A DNA stretch of 64,000 bases. Source: Gemmatimonadota bacterium (GTDB taxonomy: Bacteria > Latescibacterota > UBA2968 > UBA8231). Positions 48,629 through 58,189 of this stretch are shown in pieces (position 1 is the first letter of the stretch; each line of letters starts with the position of its first letter). The stretch is taken from contig JAYOYH010000005.1 in assembly GCA_038153405.1 (NCBI GenBank), positions 1-64,000 of the forward strand, read 5' to 3'. Under the pieces are notes generated by a model. It was not told the origin of the DNA, did no database searches, and saw only the letters and a list, made by a program, of their open reading frames with translations. The position numbers and the translations under genes were made by a program.

Positions 48629-49989
48629 CTTCTTCTTCGCCCCCTCTCCGCGCCGGCCAGCTGCGCGCACTGGTCGACGAATGCCTCGAGCAGCGCGCGC
48701 AGTTTCTCGCCGCTAGCGAGGCATTCGGCACGCCGCAGTACTTAGTCGACCAGATGCGCATCGACGCGCAGGCCGCGCGCTTTCTACGCGCGTTTAGCCA
48801 CCCGCAGCAGCCCACGCGCACGCACTATGCGCTCAAATCCAACCCGTCTCTACCTGTCGTTCAGACGATTTGTCGAGCCGGACTGTGCGCCGACGCATCA
48901 TCCGGTCTCGAACTCGAGCTAGCGCTGCGCTGTGATTTCCCCCACATCGTTCTATCAGGTCCGGCCAAGAGCGACGGTGAACTCGGGCTAGCGCTCGACC
49001 ACGCGGATAGAGTCACGGTGCACTTGGACAGCTTTGCCGAGTTGAAGCGACTAGAGGCACTGGCCGCTCGGCGCCAAACCCCTATTCGCACCGGCATCCG
49101 AATCAATACGGAAGCGCACGGCAACTGGACAAAGTTCGGCATTCCCGCCGCCTCCCTAGGCGAGTTCACGGCGGCCGCCCGACAAATGGACTGGGTGCAG
49201 CTGCAGGGCATACAGTTTCATCTCAGCTGGAATCGCCAGGCCCGCGGCTACATCGAAACGCTGCGCGCGCTGGGTCCGCTGCTAGTTGCCCATCCGCCGA
49301 CAGACGGGTGGAAATTTGTCGATATAGGCGGCGGATTTTATCCCGAAGATGACGAGGCGGCCTATCCATGGCTAACCGATGACCAGCGCCTGCGCGCGCT
49401 CAGCGGTCAAGCAAACGCCGATGCACCGGCTGCCGATTGGGACTTGAGCTACTTGCTACACGCCGTGCAACCGATAGAGGACATGGCCAGCGAAGTATTT
49501 GCCGCCTTTGCCCAATTCGTCAGCTCGTCCATCGGTCCACTCGAGCTATGGCTGGAACCCGGTCGCTATATAGCGAACAAGGGCGTGCATATCCTGCTGC
49601 GGGTAGCCGATGTTAAAAGCGACGATATCGCCATCGCCGATGGGGGCACCAATTTGCTGGGCTGGGAGCGCTTGGAAAGCGAGCACTGCCCGCTGATTAA
49701 CCTTACCCACCCATCGACCCAGCAGCGGCGCTGCCGAGTCTACGGTTCGCTCTGCACGCCACACGATTTGTGGGGATATGCCTATTACGGGACGCACCTG
49801 GAGGTAGGCGATATCCTGCTATTACCGGCCCAGGGTTCCTATGTGCAAACGCTGGCACAGCGCTTTATAAAACCTGTCTGCCAAACCGTCTACTGGAGCA
49901 CTGATGGTCAATTGGAGCAGGTCGAAGCGGCCGAGAGATTAGAGGATCGCTATCCGGCTCTGCGCGACAGCGCACTGCACCCGGCCTAG
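48625..49989 (+). CDS. Fold-type III PLP-dependent decarboxylase (Orn/DAP/Arg family, CTPxD subtype)
   Basis: HYALKSN (PLP Lys), KFG, DIGGGF, EPGRY, DGG, YGSLCTPHD, GSY. Confidence 0.85.
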   Translation: MTSSSPPLRAGQLRALVDECLEQRAQFLAASEAFGTPQYLVDQMRIDAQAARFLRAFSHPQQPTRTHYALKSNPSLPVVQTICRAGLCADASSGLELELALRCDFPHIVLSGPAKSDGELGLALDHADRVTVHLDSFAELKRLEALAARRQTPIRTGIRINTEAHGNWTKFGIPAASLGEFTAAARQMDWVQLQGIQFHLSWNRQARGYIETLRALGPLLVAHPPTDGWKFVDIGGGFYPEDDEAAYPWLTDDQRLRALSGQANADAPAADWDLSYLLHAVQPIEDMASEVFAAFAQFVSSSIGPLELWLEPGRYIANKGVHILLRVADVKSDDIAIADGGTNLLGWERLESEHCPLINLTHPSTQQRRCRVYGSLCTPHDLWGYAYYGTHLEVGDILLLPAQGSYVQTLAQRFIKPVCQTVYWSTDGQLEQVEAAERLEDRYPALRDSALHPA

Positions 49990-50007
49990 CCGACCTACGC
50001 CCGCGCC

Positions 50008-51468
50008 GTGCAGATCGAACCACTGGACCAATTTATCGTAGCGCTCTACGCGCTGGCCATGCTCGGGGTCGGCTTTTATCTGCGCGGTAGGATATCGACC
50101 TTTGACCAGTTTAGCATGGCCGACCGCCAGCTGTCGGCACCGCTGCTCTTGTGCACGCTGGTATCTACCTACTATGGCCTCGGCGTCCTGCTGGCTGGCT
50201 CGGAAATCAGCTATGAAAGCGGCGTGGTCAACTTCTTTTTCGATACGGGACCGGCCTATATCGCCCTGATCGTAGCGGCGCTACTTTTGGCCCCGCGCCT
50301 GCAGGGCCGCTCCTTTCGCTCCATACCGGATATCGTGGGAGCGCGCTTTGGCCTCGGCGCCCAAATATGCGCCGCGCTCTCCTGCTTTATTTATGCGCTG
50401 CCCGCCTTTTCCATCATGGGCTTGGGCGGTCTGCTGCACCTGCTCTTCGGCTTGCCTTTTTACTGGGGTTTAGTGCTGGGCAGCGCCTTTGCTCTCACTT
50501 ATACGGCACTGGGCGGCCTGCTAGCCGTCGCGCTGACCGATGCTGCCCAGTTCGCCCTCATGGCGACGACGCTGGCCCTAGTCGCCTTTCTCGGGCTACC
50601 CGACCTAGGCGGAGTGGCAGCGCTCGAACAGGCGCTGCCAACGCACTTTGAACCATCTGGCGGACGTCCCATCGCCCTGCTCTTCGTCTACGGTCTCACC
50701 TCGCTGAGCATTCTCGTCGAGCCGGCCTTTTACCAGCGCATCTTCGCCGCGCGCGACCAGCGCACAATCGTCATGGCCATGCTCGTCGGCGTGGTATTTT
50801 GGATGTCGTACGACTGGATCGTCACCGTGCTGGGCATCGCCGCACGCGCGGCCGTGCTGGGTGGCTATATGCCCGAACCGCCGACGCCCGATCAGGCTGT
50901 TATACACTTTGCCATACGCGTATTGCCCAGCGGCCTCATAGGCATATTTGCCGCCGGCGTCGTCGCTGCCGCCATGTCGACCGTCGACAGCTATCTCCTC
51001 GTTTCTGCCAGCACGTTGGTCTACGACATCTGGCATCCGCTCGGCGGCAGGCACATGGACGATGCGCAACTCGTGCGGCGCACCCGCTGGACGATGTTAT
51101 TGACCACCGCTGCAACGATCCTGCTCTGCCTCTACTTCAGCAATGTCGAACGCCTGTGGATCTTTATCACCGCCGTGCTGATATGCACCAGTATGATTCC
51201 CGTGCTGAGCGCCCTGTTCTGGCCGAGCGTGCAGCGCCGCGCTGGATGCCTGGCAACCTATGTCGGCTTTTCTTCGGTGCTTGCATTCTACACCTGGATC
51301 GATCTATGCGGCCAATGGGTCGAAGAAGAAGCGACCTACATTTGGACGGGCGCAATTTTCGACCATTCGTGGACAATTAACCAAGACTACGGCATACTCT
51401 ATATCCTGCCGCTGGTCATTGTCGTCTTTGCCGTCTCCCACCTATTTCCCGAGCGCAGCGCATCGTGA
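50008..51468 (+). CDS. Sodium:solute symporter (SSS) family transporter
   Basis: About 13 TM helices; YTALGGLLAVALTD..QF, YQRIFAA, AAAMSTVDS. Confidence 0.9.
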   Translation: MQIEPLDQFIVALYALAMLGVGFYLRGRISTFDQFSMADRQLSAPLLLCTLVSTYYGLGVLLAGSEISYESGVVNFFFDTGPAYIALIVAALLLAPRLQGRSFRSIPDIVGARFGLGAQICAALSCFIYALPAFSIMGLGGLLHLLFGLPFYWGLVLGSAFALTYTALGGLLAVALTDAAQFALMATTLALVAFLGLPDLGGVAALEQALPTHFEPSGGRPIALLFVYGLTSLSILVEPAFYQRIFAARDQRTIVMAMLVGVVFWMSYDWIVTVLGIAARAAVLGGYMPEPPTPDQAVIHFAIRVLPSGLIGIFAAGVVAAAMSTVDSYLLVSASTLVYDIWHPLGGRHMDDAQLVRRTRWTMLLTTAATILLCLYFSNVERLWIFITAVLICTSMIPVLSALFWPSVQRRAGCLATYVGFSSVLAFYTWIDLCGQWVEEEATYIWTGAIFDHSWTINQDYGILYILPLVIVVFAVSHLFPERSAS

Positions 51469-51600
51469 CGATATACGCTCTCGCTACCTGGGTCGCGCAG
51501 TCGGTGCTGGCTATTGGCAGTCTACTAGCCCTCTACCTGCTCGTGCGCTCACGTCGCTAGCCCACTCGCCCACCGGCACGAATGCCCCTATATTTCAGCC

Positions 51601-52155
51601 ATGTTTAGGCTGACAACGGCACCCGCGCTCTGCCTGCGCCTGCTCGATGGCCACGAGGCGCGGGCACTCTTTGCCCTCACGGAGAAAAACCGCTCCTACC
51701 TGCGGCGCTGGCTGCCCTGGCTCGACGCCAATACCAGCGCCGACGATACCCGGCGTTTTGTCGAGGGCACGCGCGAGCGCTACGCTAACCGCGAAGCGTT
51801 AGAAGCAGGTCTTTTTCACGCAGACATGCTCGTCGGCATGGTGGGATTTAACACGATCGATTGGTCGGCGCGCCGCGCAGAAATAGGCTATTGGCTCGAT
51901 GCCAACAGCCAGGGCCAAGGCCTGATTACGCGGGCCTGCAGCGCGCTGATTGAGCACGGCTTTGTCGCATATGATTTAAATCGCGTGGAGATACGATGTG
52001 CCACCGGCAACGCGCGCAGTCGCGCCGTGCCCGAGCGCTTGGGCTTTGTCTGCGAAGGCGTCATGCGCCAAGTCGAATGGCTGTACGACCACTTCGAGGA
52101 CCACGCCCTCTACGCGCTGCTGCGCCCCGACTGGCAAGTTCGGCAACCGACTTAG
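51601..52155 (+). CDS. GNAT N-acetyltransferase, RimJ/RimL type
   Basis: LRRWLPW, AEIGYWL...QGQGL.T, LNRVEIRC...N.RSRAVPERLGF..EG. Confidence 0.88.
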   Translation: MFRLTTAPALCLRLLDGHEARALFALTEKNRSYLRRWLPWLDANTSADDTRRFVEGTRERYANREALEAGLFHADMLVGMVGFNTIDWSARRAEIGYWLDANSQGQGLITRACSALIEHGFVAYDLNRVEIRCATGNARSRAVPERLGFVCEGVMRQVEWLYDHFEDHALYALLRPDWQVRQPT

Positions 52156-52171
52156 CGGCGCCCCGATTGCG

Positions 52172-53122
52172 CTAGGCGGTCTCGATAAAGCGCAGCGCCC
52201 GCTCTTCCATCCAACACCTGCCGCCCGCCTGGGGAAAGCCGACGTGGCCGCCGCACTCAGGCATTTCCAGCAGCACTTGTTTTAGCGGTCGCACCGCGTC
52301 GCGCGGATAACACTTCTCCCCCAAAAACGTATCGTTGCGGGCATTGGCGATGAGCGCAGGCAAGCGAATAGCGCTCAAATAGCTCAAACAACTCGTAGCG
52401 CGCCAGTACTCTTCGGGCGATGCATAACCGTGAATTGGCGCCGTGTAGCGACCGTCAAATGCGTAGAGGTCGCGTAGCTGTTCAACACCCTCTGCATCGA
52501 TAAGCCCTGGTCGCACCGCGGCCTTATCGCGCACTTTGGCGTGTAGGCGGCGCATAAAGCGCTGCAGGTAGAGCCTGTTGCGCCAGCGATGAATGGCGCG
52601 TGCGCCGTCGACTAAGTCGCAGGGAACGGAAAAGGTCGCCGCCGCGCAGAGTTCGCTCGGCGCACCTGCACCGCACTCGCCCAAATACTTAAGAATCAGG
52701 TTGCCGCCGAGGCTGAAGCCAACTAGCGCGATGCGCTCGTAGCGCCCCGACGCACGCACATGCGCTATCACCGCTGCTATATCCTGCGTCAACCCGGCGT
52801 GATAGAAGCCGGCGGTGCGATTGGGTTCCCCGCTGCACGCGCGCATATTCCACGCCACCGCATCCCATCCAGCCGCATTGAACGCGCGCACCATCGCCAG
52901 CATATAGGGCCGGCGCGAGTGACCCTCCATTCCGTGCGCAACGACTACCAGTCGCCCACGGTCTACCGGCGACCAGTCGATATCGACAAAATCACCATCG
53001 TCTAACTCGACGCGCTCGCGCCTGTAGATGACCCCGTCAATGCGGCGCAGGTGCGGCGCAACAGTCTGCAGGTCTGCGCCGAGCAAATACCAGGGCGGTC
53101 GATAGGATGAGTTCATTATCAT
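52172..53122 (-). CDS. YheT-like alpha/beta hydrolase
   Basis: DGDFVDIDW, HGMEG, GFSLGGN, NARND, GGHVGF. Confidence 0.87.
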   Translation of the reverse strand: MIMNSSYRPPWYLLGADLQTVAPHLRRIDGVIYRRERVELDDGDFVDIDWSPVDRGRLVVVAHGMEGHSRRPYMLAMVRAFNAAGWDAVAWNMRACSGEPNRTAGFYHAGLTQDIAAVIAHVRASGRYERIALVGFSLGGNLILKYLGECGAGAPSELCAAATFSVPCDLVDGARAIHRWRNRLYLQRFMRRLHAKVRDKAAVRPGLIDAEGVEQLRDLYAFDGRYTAPIHGYASPEEYWRATSCLSYLSAIRLPALIANARNDTFLGEKCYPRDAVRPLKQVLLEMPECGGHVGFPQAGGRCWMEERALRFIETA

Positions 53123-53258
53123 CTGAACGCTAAAACCGTTTGCGATACGAGCATGATCCCCACGCCGGCAGGCAGTATACAGGGGGGACCACCTCTACCT
53201 AGTAAAAGGCGCCCTGCGCGCCGATCATATCCAGCCGTTTGATAGAATGGCCACGGGC

Positions 53259-53286
53259 TTGCCACCGCGCGCCATATAGATATATT
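53259..53286 (+). promoter_or_regulatory. Sigma70-type promoter
   Basis: TTGCCA-N16-TATATT upstream of 53322. Confidence 0.4.
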
Positions 53287-53321
53287 CGCCCGAAAGTTCA
53301 AAGTAAAAAAATAACGAAAAT

Positions 53322-54221
53322 ATGATGCTCCGACTGCGCCGTATCTCAGCCTATTTATTGGCTACCCTAGTCGCCCTATTGCTCGTCTGTATGGCGATGG
53401 CCAGACCCGTCGATCCGCACCCATACTTCGCCGATGAACGCTTTCAAGTCATTGCTCATCGCGGCGGACGCGGCTTGATGCCGGAGAACACGCTGGAAGC
53501 CTTTCACCACGCCGACTCGCTCGGCGTCGACGTGCTGGAGATGGACATTCACGCCAGCGCCGACGGCCATCTCGTCGTCATACACGACGATTCCGTCGGC
53601 CGCACGACCAATGGGAGCGGCAAAGTAGACTCGCTGACGCTAGATCAACTGCAGGCGCTGGACGCAGCCTACAATTGGCAAAGCCCCGATGGCAGTTTTC
53701 CACATAGGGGAGGCCACGTGCGCATTCCACACCTCGAGGACGTCTTACGGCACTTTAGCCACAAACGCATGCTCATTGAAATAAAGCCCAATTCAGCCCA
53801 GGTTGCCCAGAAGCTATGCGCCACGCTAGCGCGCTTTTCCATGGATGAAAAGACCATCGTAGCCTCTTTCCATAGCGATGCACTCGACGCGTTTAGCCGC
53901 GCCTGTCCGCAGACCCCCGTATCGGCTACGAGTAGTCAAGTTGGCCTCTATGCCCTACTGCACCTGCTGCACCTAGACGGAGCCTATGTCAATCCACCCA
54001 TCGCCTTCCAGGTTCCCGAACGCATCGGCGCCCTGCGCCTAGTCGACGAGCGCTTTGTCGCCAGCGTGCACGAACGCGCGGCCCAGGTTCACGTGTGGAC
54101 CGTAAACAAACCCGACGCTATGCAACGCCTAATCGACCTCGGCGTAGACGGCATTATAACCGACTACCCAGACCGCCTCCTATCTCTCTTGAACCGAGCG
54201 CCCGAACACAGCACACCATGA
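53322..54221 (+). CDS. Exported glycerophosphodiester phosphodiesterase
   Basis: N-terminal hydrophobic helix; AHRGG, PENT, EMD, HD...RTT, WTVN, ITDYP. Confidence 0.9.
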   Translation: MMLRLRRISAYLLATLVALLLVCMAMARPVDPHPYFADERFQVIAHRGGRGLMPENTLEAFHHADSLGVDVLEMDIHASADGHLVVIHDDSVGRTTNGSGKVDSLTLDQLQALDAAYNWQSPDGSFPHRGGHVRIPHLEDVLRHFSHKRMLIEIKPNSAQVAQKLCATLARFSMDEKTIVASFHSDALDAFSRACPQTPVSATSSQVGLYALLHLLHLDGAYVNPPIAFQVPERIGALRLVDERFVASVHERAAQVHVWTVNKPDAMQRLIDLGVDGIITDYPDRLLSLLNRAPEHSTP

Positions 54222-54922
54222 GCGAACCTATCGCATTAGAAGCCGAGCACCTGACCAAGACCTACGCCAGCGGCGAGCGCATCCTGACCGTGCTCGACGA
54301 CGTTAGCTTTGCCATACAGCACGGCACCACCAGTGCAATTGTAGGTCCTTCGGGCAGCGGTAAGACCACTCTACTCGGTCTGTGTGCCGGCCTCGACCGC
54401 GCTTCATCTGGCAGCGTGCGGCTCGACGGCGTCGCGTTGGAAGACCTCGACGAGGATCAGCGCGCGCGTCTGCGCAACGAACGCGTCGGCTTTGTCTTTC
54501 AAAATTTCCAGCTCGTGCCCACCCTCAGCGCACTTGAAAATGCCATGGTGCCGCTGGAACTACGCGGTCGCAAGGACGCCCGCGAACGGGCGGCACACTG
54601 GCTCGAACGCGTCGGCTTAGGCGACCGCTTAGATCACTATCCGACACAGCTATCGGGCGGCGAGCAGCAGCGCGTCGCCCTGGCGCGCGCATTTATCAAC
54701 TCGCCGCGCGTGCTCTTTGCCGACGAGCCCACCGGCAACCTCGACGGCGATACCAGCGACCAGGTGCAGGAGTTGCTGTTTGCGCTCAACCGCGAAGAGG
54801 ACACGACGCTGGTATTGGTAACCCACGATCTCGAACTAGCCCAGCGCACCCAGCGCATTATCCGCCTCCGCAGCGGTGCTATCTTTTCCGATTCAAACCG
54901 CGAAGACGGGGCCGACGCATAG
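54218..54922 (+). CDS. ybbA: ABC transporter ATP-binding protein (YbbA/LolD-like)
   Basis: GPSGSGKT, LSGGEQQRV, FADEPTGNLD, VTHD; next to YbbP and TesA homologues. Confidence 0.85.
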   Translation: MSEPIALEAEHLTKTYASGERILTVLDDVSFAIQHGTTSAIVGPSGSGKTTLLGLCAGLDRASSGSVRLDGVALEDLDEDQRARLRNERVGFVFQNFQLVPTLSALENAMVPLELRGRKDARERAAHWLERVGLGDRLDHYPTQLSGGEQQRVALARAFINSPRVLFADEPTGNLDGDTSDQVQELLFALNREEDTTLVLVTHDLELAQRTQRIIRLRSGAIFSDSNREDGADA

Positions 54923-57444
54923 TGAACTGGGTTATGCGCATGGCCTGGCGCGACAGCCGCCGTCACCGACGCCGCCTCGCGCTCTACACAGCCGCCATAG
55001 CCGTCGGCATAGCCGCGCTGGTTTCGCTGCGCAGTCTGGCCAGTAGCCTACAGGGCGAGGTCGACCTACAGGCCAGCGCCCTGCTGGGCGCCGATATGGA
55101 AATTGAGAGCAACCAGCCCTTTTCCGACGCACTGCAGGCCAGCATCGACTCGCTCGGCGGCCAACGCGCCAACCAGGTGCAGTTTACTTCGATGATTTTC
55201 CTGCCGCGCGGCGACCACGCCCGCCTGGCCCAAATCCGCGCGTTGGAGGGGATGTTCCCGTTTTACGGACAGCTGCAAACCGATCCGCCCGAAGCGGCCG
55301 AGCGGTTTCGCCAACCGGGCGCACGCGCATTGGTCGATGACAATATCATGCTGCAATTCGACGCGCAGATTGGCGATTCCATCAAAGTCGGCAACGCTCT
55401 CTTTCGCATTGAGGGTCGTCTGCTCAAAATTCCCGGCGAAACCTCGCTGCGCAGCGACATTCAGCCGCGCGTCTACCTGCCGATGGACCACCTTGATCGC
55501 ACCCACCTCATTCAGCGCGGCAGCCGCGTCGAGTATGCTACCTTTCTCCAATTTCCCGATGGAAGCGATCCAGAGGCGCTTAAAAAACAGCTGCGCGATG
55601 CCTATGACCAAGGGCGCGACGACATCGACATCGACACCGTCGAAGATCGCAAGCGCCAGATCGGCCGCTCGCTGGGCAATCTCTATCGCTTTCTCAACTT
55701 AGGCGCTTTTATCGCTCTGATACTCGGCGCCGTCGGCGTGGCCAGCGCCGTGCACGCCTATGCCTCGCAAAAACTCGATACGGTTGCCATTTTGCGCAGT
55801 CTTGGTGCATCGGCCAACCAGACCTTCGCCATTTACCTGCTGCAGACCGGTGCCATGGGCTTGTTGGGTTCGCTCGGCGGAGCGCTGCTGGGCGCGGCGG
55901 CCTTGCAGTTACTGCCCGTGCTCTTGCGCGATGTGCTGCCGCTCGAGGTGCACCCAACCCCTGCCCTATTGCCCGTGCTGCAGGGCACGCTCGTCGGCCT
56001 AGGGCTGGCACTGCTATTTGGCGCGCGCCCGCTTCTTGCCGTGCGCCAAACGCCGCCGCTGCGCGCGCTGCGCGCTGCCTATGAAGAGAGCGCCGATGGC
56101 GATGGCCGTCTGTTTCGCATCGCCGCCAATATCCTGCTCGTCGGTGGGGCATTGCTCTTTGCCCTGCATCTGACCGGACGCACCGATTACGCCCTCGGCT
56201 TTACCGCAGGCACTGCCCTAGCTTTTGTACTGCTGGCGGCCGTTGCTCGCCTACTAACCTGGGGAGCTCGGCGCTTTTTCCCAACGAGTTGGAGCTACGA
56301 GTGGCGCCAGGGTATGGCCAACCTCTTTCGTCCACACAATCAAACGCTCATGCTGCTGCTGGGACTGGGACTGGGCACCTTTCTCATGTCGACGCTCTAT
56401 CTGGCGCAGAGCGCGTTGGTAGCGCAAATCGAAGGCGTCGGCGGCGGCGACCGCCCCAACGCCGTGCTCTTCGACGTGCAAACGGATCAAGTCGATGGAT
56501 TGAAGTCAATTTTTGACGAGCTGGAACTCCCCGTTATTCAGCACGTGCCGATCGTTACCATGCGCATGTACAGCGTTAAAGGCGTTCCGGTCGATGAACT
56601 GCGCCAAGAGAGCCGGCGCGGCTCATGGGCTCTCACGCGCGAGTACCGATGCACCTACCGCGACACGCTCAACACCAGCGAAACGCTGGTCGATGGCCAG
56701 TGGCGCGGCAGCGTTGTGGGCGATACGACCTTTATCTCGCTTGAGCGCGGCATCGCCGACAATCTCGGTGTTACAATCGGCGACTCACTCGTATTCGACG
56801 TGCAGGGCGTCCTAATGCCCGTCGTCGTTGGCAGTCTGCGCGAAGTCGATTGGCAGCGCGTCATGCCCAACTTTCTCGCACTCTTTCCCACCGGCGCGCT
56901 CGAAATGGCCCCGCAGTTTCACGTGCTGGTCACGCGTTTTGCAACGCCTCAACAGCTAGCTCAACTGCAGCGCAGGAGTATCGCGCGCTTTCCCAATGTT
57001 TCCATCATCGATCTCGACTTAATTCTATCCACGGTCGATACCATTCTCGGTAAAGTATCCTTTGTCGTGCAGTTCCTCGCCCTCTTCAGCATTGCTACGG
57101 GTCTGCTCGTGCTGGTCGGAATCGTCGCCGGCAGCCGCTACCAGCGCGTCCGCGAAAGCGTCTTGCTGCGCACGCTGGGTGCTAGCCGCAAGCAGGTTGG
57201 ACGCATTATGGCCATGGAGTACGTGTTCTTGGGGGGATTTGCTGCGCTGACCGGGCTGACGCTGTCCATCGGTTCGTCGTGGGCCCTGACCTTCTTTGTC
57301 TTTGAAGTGCCCTTCCAACCCTCGATTGCACCGCTCTTTATCGCCCTGCCAGCCATCTGCCTGCTGACGGTTGCCGTCGGTCAACTATCCGGCCGCGGCA
57401 TCAGCGATAGTCCGCCGCTGGAAGTGCTGCGCACCATCGGCTAA
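54922..57444 (+). CDS. ybbP: FtsX-like ABC permease (YbbP-type)
   Basis: MAWRDSR, LLGAD, FPFYG; two FtsX halves with LR.LGAS motifs. Confidence 0.82.
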   Translation: MNWVMRMAWRDSRRHRRRLALYTAAIAVGIAALVSLRSLASSLQGEVDLQASALLGADMEIESNQPFSDALQASIDSLGGQRANQVQFTSMIFLPRGDHARLAQIRALEGMFPFYGQLQTDPPEAAERFRQPGARALVDDNIMLQFDAQIGDSIKVGNALFRIEGRLLKIPGETSLRSDIQPRVYLPMDHLDRTHLIQRGSRVEYATFLQFPDGSDPEALKKQLRDAYDQGRDDIDIDTVEDRKRQIGRSLGNLYRFLNLGAFIALILGAVGVASAVHAYASQKLDTVAILRSLGASANQTFAIYLLQTGAMGLLGSLGGALLGAAALQLLPVLLRDVLPLEVHPTPALLPVLQGTLVGLGLALLFGARPLLAVRQTPPLRALRAAYEESADGDGRLFRIAANILLVGGALLFALHLTGRTDYALGFTAGTALAFVLLAAVARLLTWGARRFFPTSWSYEWRQGMANLFRPHNQTLMLLLGLGLGTFLMSTLYLAQSALVAQIEGVGGGDRPNAVLFDVQTDQVDGLKSIFDELELPVIQHVPIVTMRMYSVKGVPVDELRQESRRGSWALTREYRCTYRDTLNTSETLVDGQWRGSVVGDTTFISLERGIADNLGVTIGDSLVFDVQGVLMPVVVGSLREVDWQRVMPNFLALFPTGALEMAPQFHVLVTRFATPQQLAQLQRRSIARFPNVSIIDLDLILSTVDTILGKVSFVVQFLALFSIATGLLVLVGIVAGSRYQRVRESVLLRTLGASRKQVGRIMAMEYVFLGGFAALTGLTLSIGSSWALTFFVFEVPFQPSIAPLFIALPAICLLTVAVGQLSGRGISDSPPLEVLRTIG

Positions 57445-57450
57445 CGCCGC

Positions 57451-58188
57451 TTACTGCGGTGCCGTCTCCGCCGGCTTAGCATCTTCGGCATGACCCAAGC
57501 GCGCAGCCGCCAGCGGCCCGACGATGTTCCACACCGTTTCGGCGACCACTTCATGGCCTGCCGCCGTTGGATGGTTGCCGCGAAACAGGCGTTCCTCATC
57601 GGGCACTAGCACCACGCCTTCGAGCAGAAAAGGCACCAGCGCCGCGTTGTTTTTCTCCGCCAGTTGTGGAAAGAGCGCACGAAACTGCGCCGTGTAGTCC
57701 GTGCCCATATTGGGCGGCATCTGCATGCCAACGACGACCAGCGCCGCGTCCGGATACTTGGTTTTGACCTTGTCTATAATGCCCTGCAAATTCGCGTGCG
57801 TCGTCGCCAACTCAATGCCGCGCAGCGCGTCGTTTGAGCCCAATTCGAGAACAAACACATCGACCGGTCGCTGCAGCACCCAGTCGATGCGGCGCAGTCC
57901 ACCGGCGGAAGTCTCGCCGCTCAATCCCGCATTCACCGCCTCATAGGGCCAGCCGAGCGAGTCAAAGCGCGTCTGAATTAGCGCCGGGAAAGCCTGGTCG
58001 CGATCGACGCCGTAGCCGGCTGTCAGACTATCCCCATAAAACATAATCACCCGGCGCGCGCTGTCGGCGCGCGCGTCCTCTTCTGCGTAGACCTGCATTG
58101 CAACACCAATTAACAGCGCAATCGACGACATCAGATGCACAACTCTTCTCCCGTTTTGTTCATACGACGACGGCCAACCGGCCGTCAC
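57451..58188 (-). CDS. tesA: SGNH/GDSL arylesterase (TesA-like)
   Basis: GDSLTAGYG, NAGLSGETS, ELGSND, PPNMG..Y, PFLL, HP; true start may be further downstream. Confidence 0.8.
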   Translation of the reverse strand: MTAGWPSSYEQNGRRVVHLMSSIALLIGVAMQVYAEEDARADSARRVIMFYGDSLTAGYGVDRDQAFPALIQTRFDSLGWPYEAVNAGLSGETSAGGLRRIDWVLQRPVDVFVLELGSNDALRGIELATTHANLQGIIDKVKTKYPDAALVVVGMQMPPNMGTDYTAQFRALFPQLAEKNNAALVPFLLEGVVLVPDEERLFRGNHPTAAGHEVVAETVWNIVGPLAAARLGHAEDAKPAETAPQ

Positions 58189-58189
58189 T

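Noticed and set aside
51601..52155. GNAT as a tailoring enzyme of the ATP-grasp cluster
   Set aside because: Separated by about 130 nt, has its own TATATT box and looks like a common RimL/YdaF-type enzyme; membership is unsupported though not excluded.
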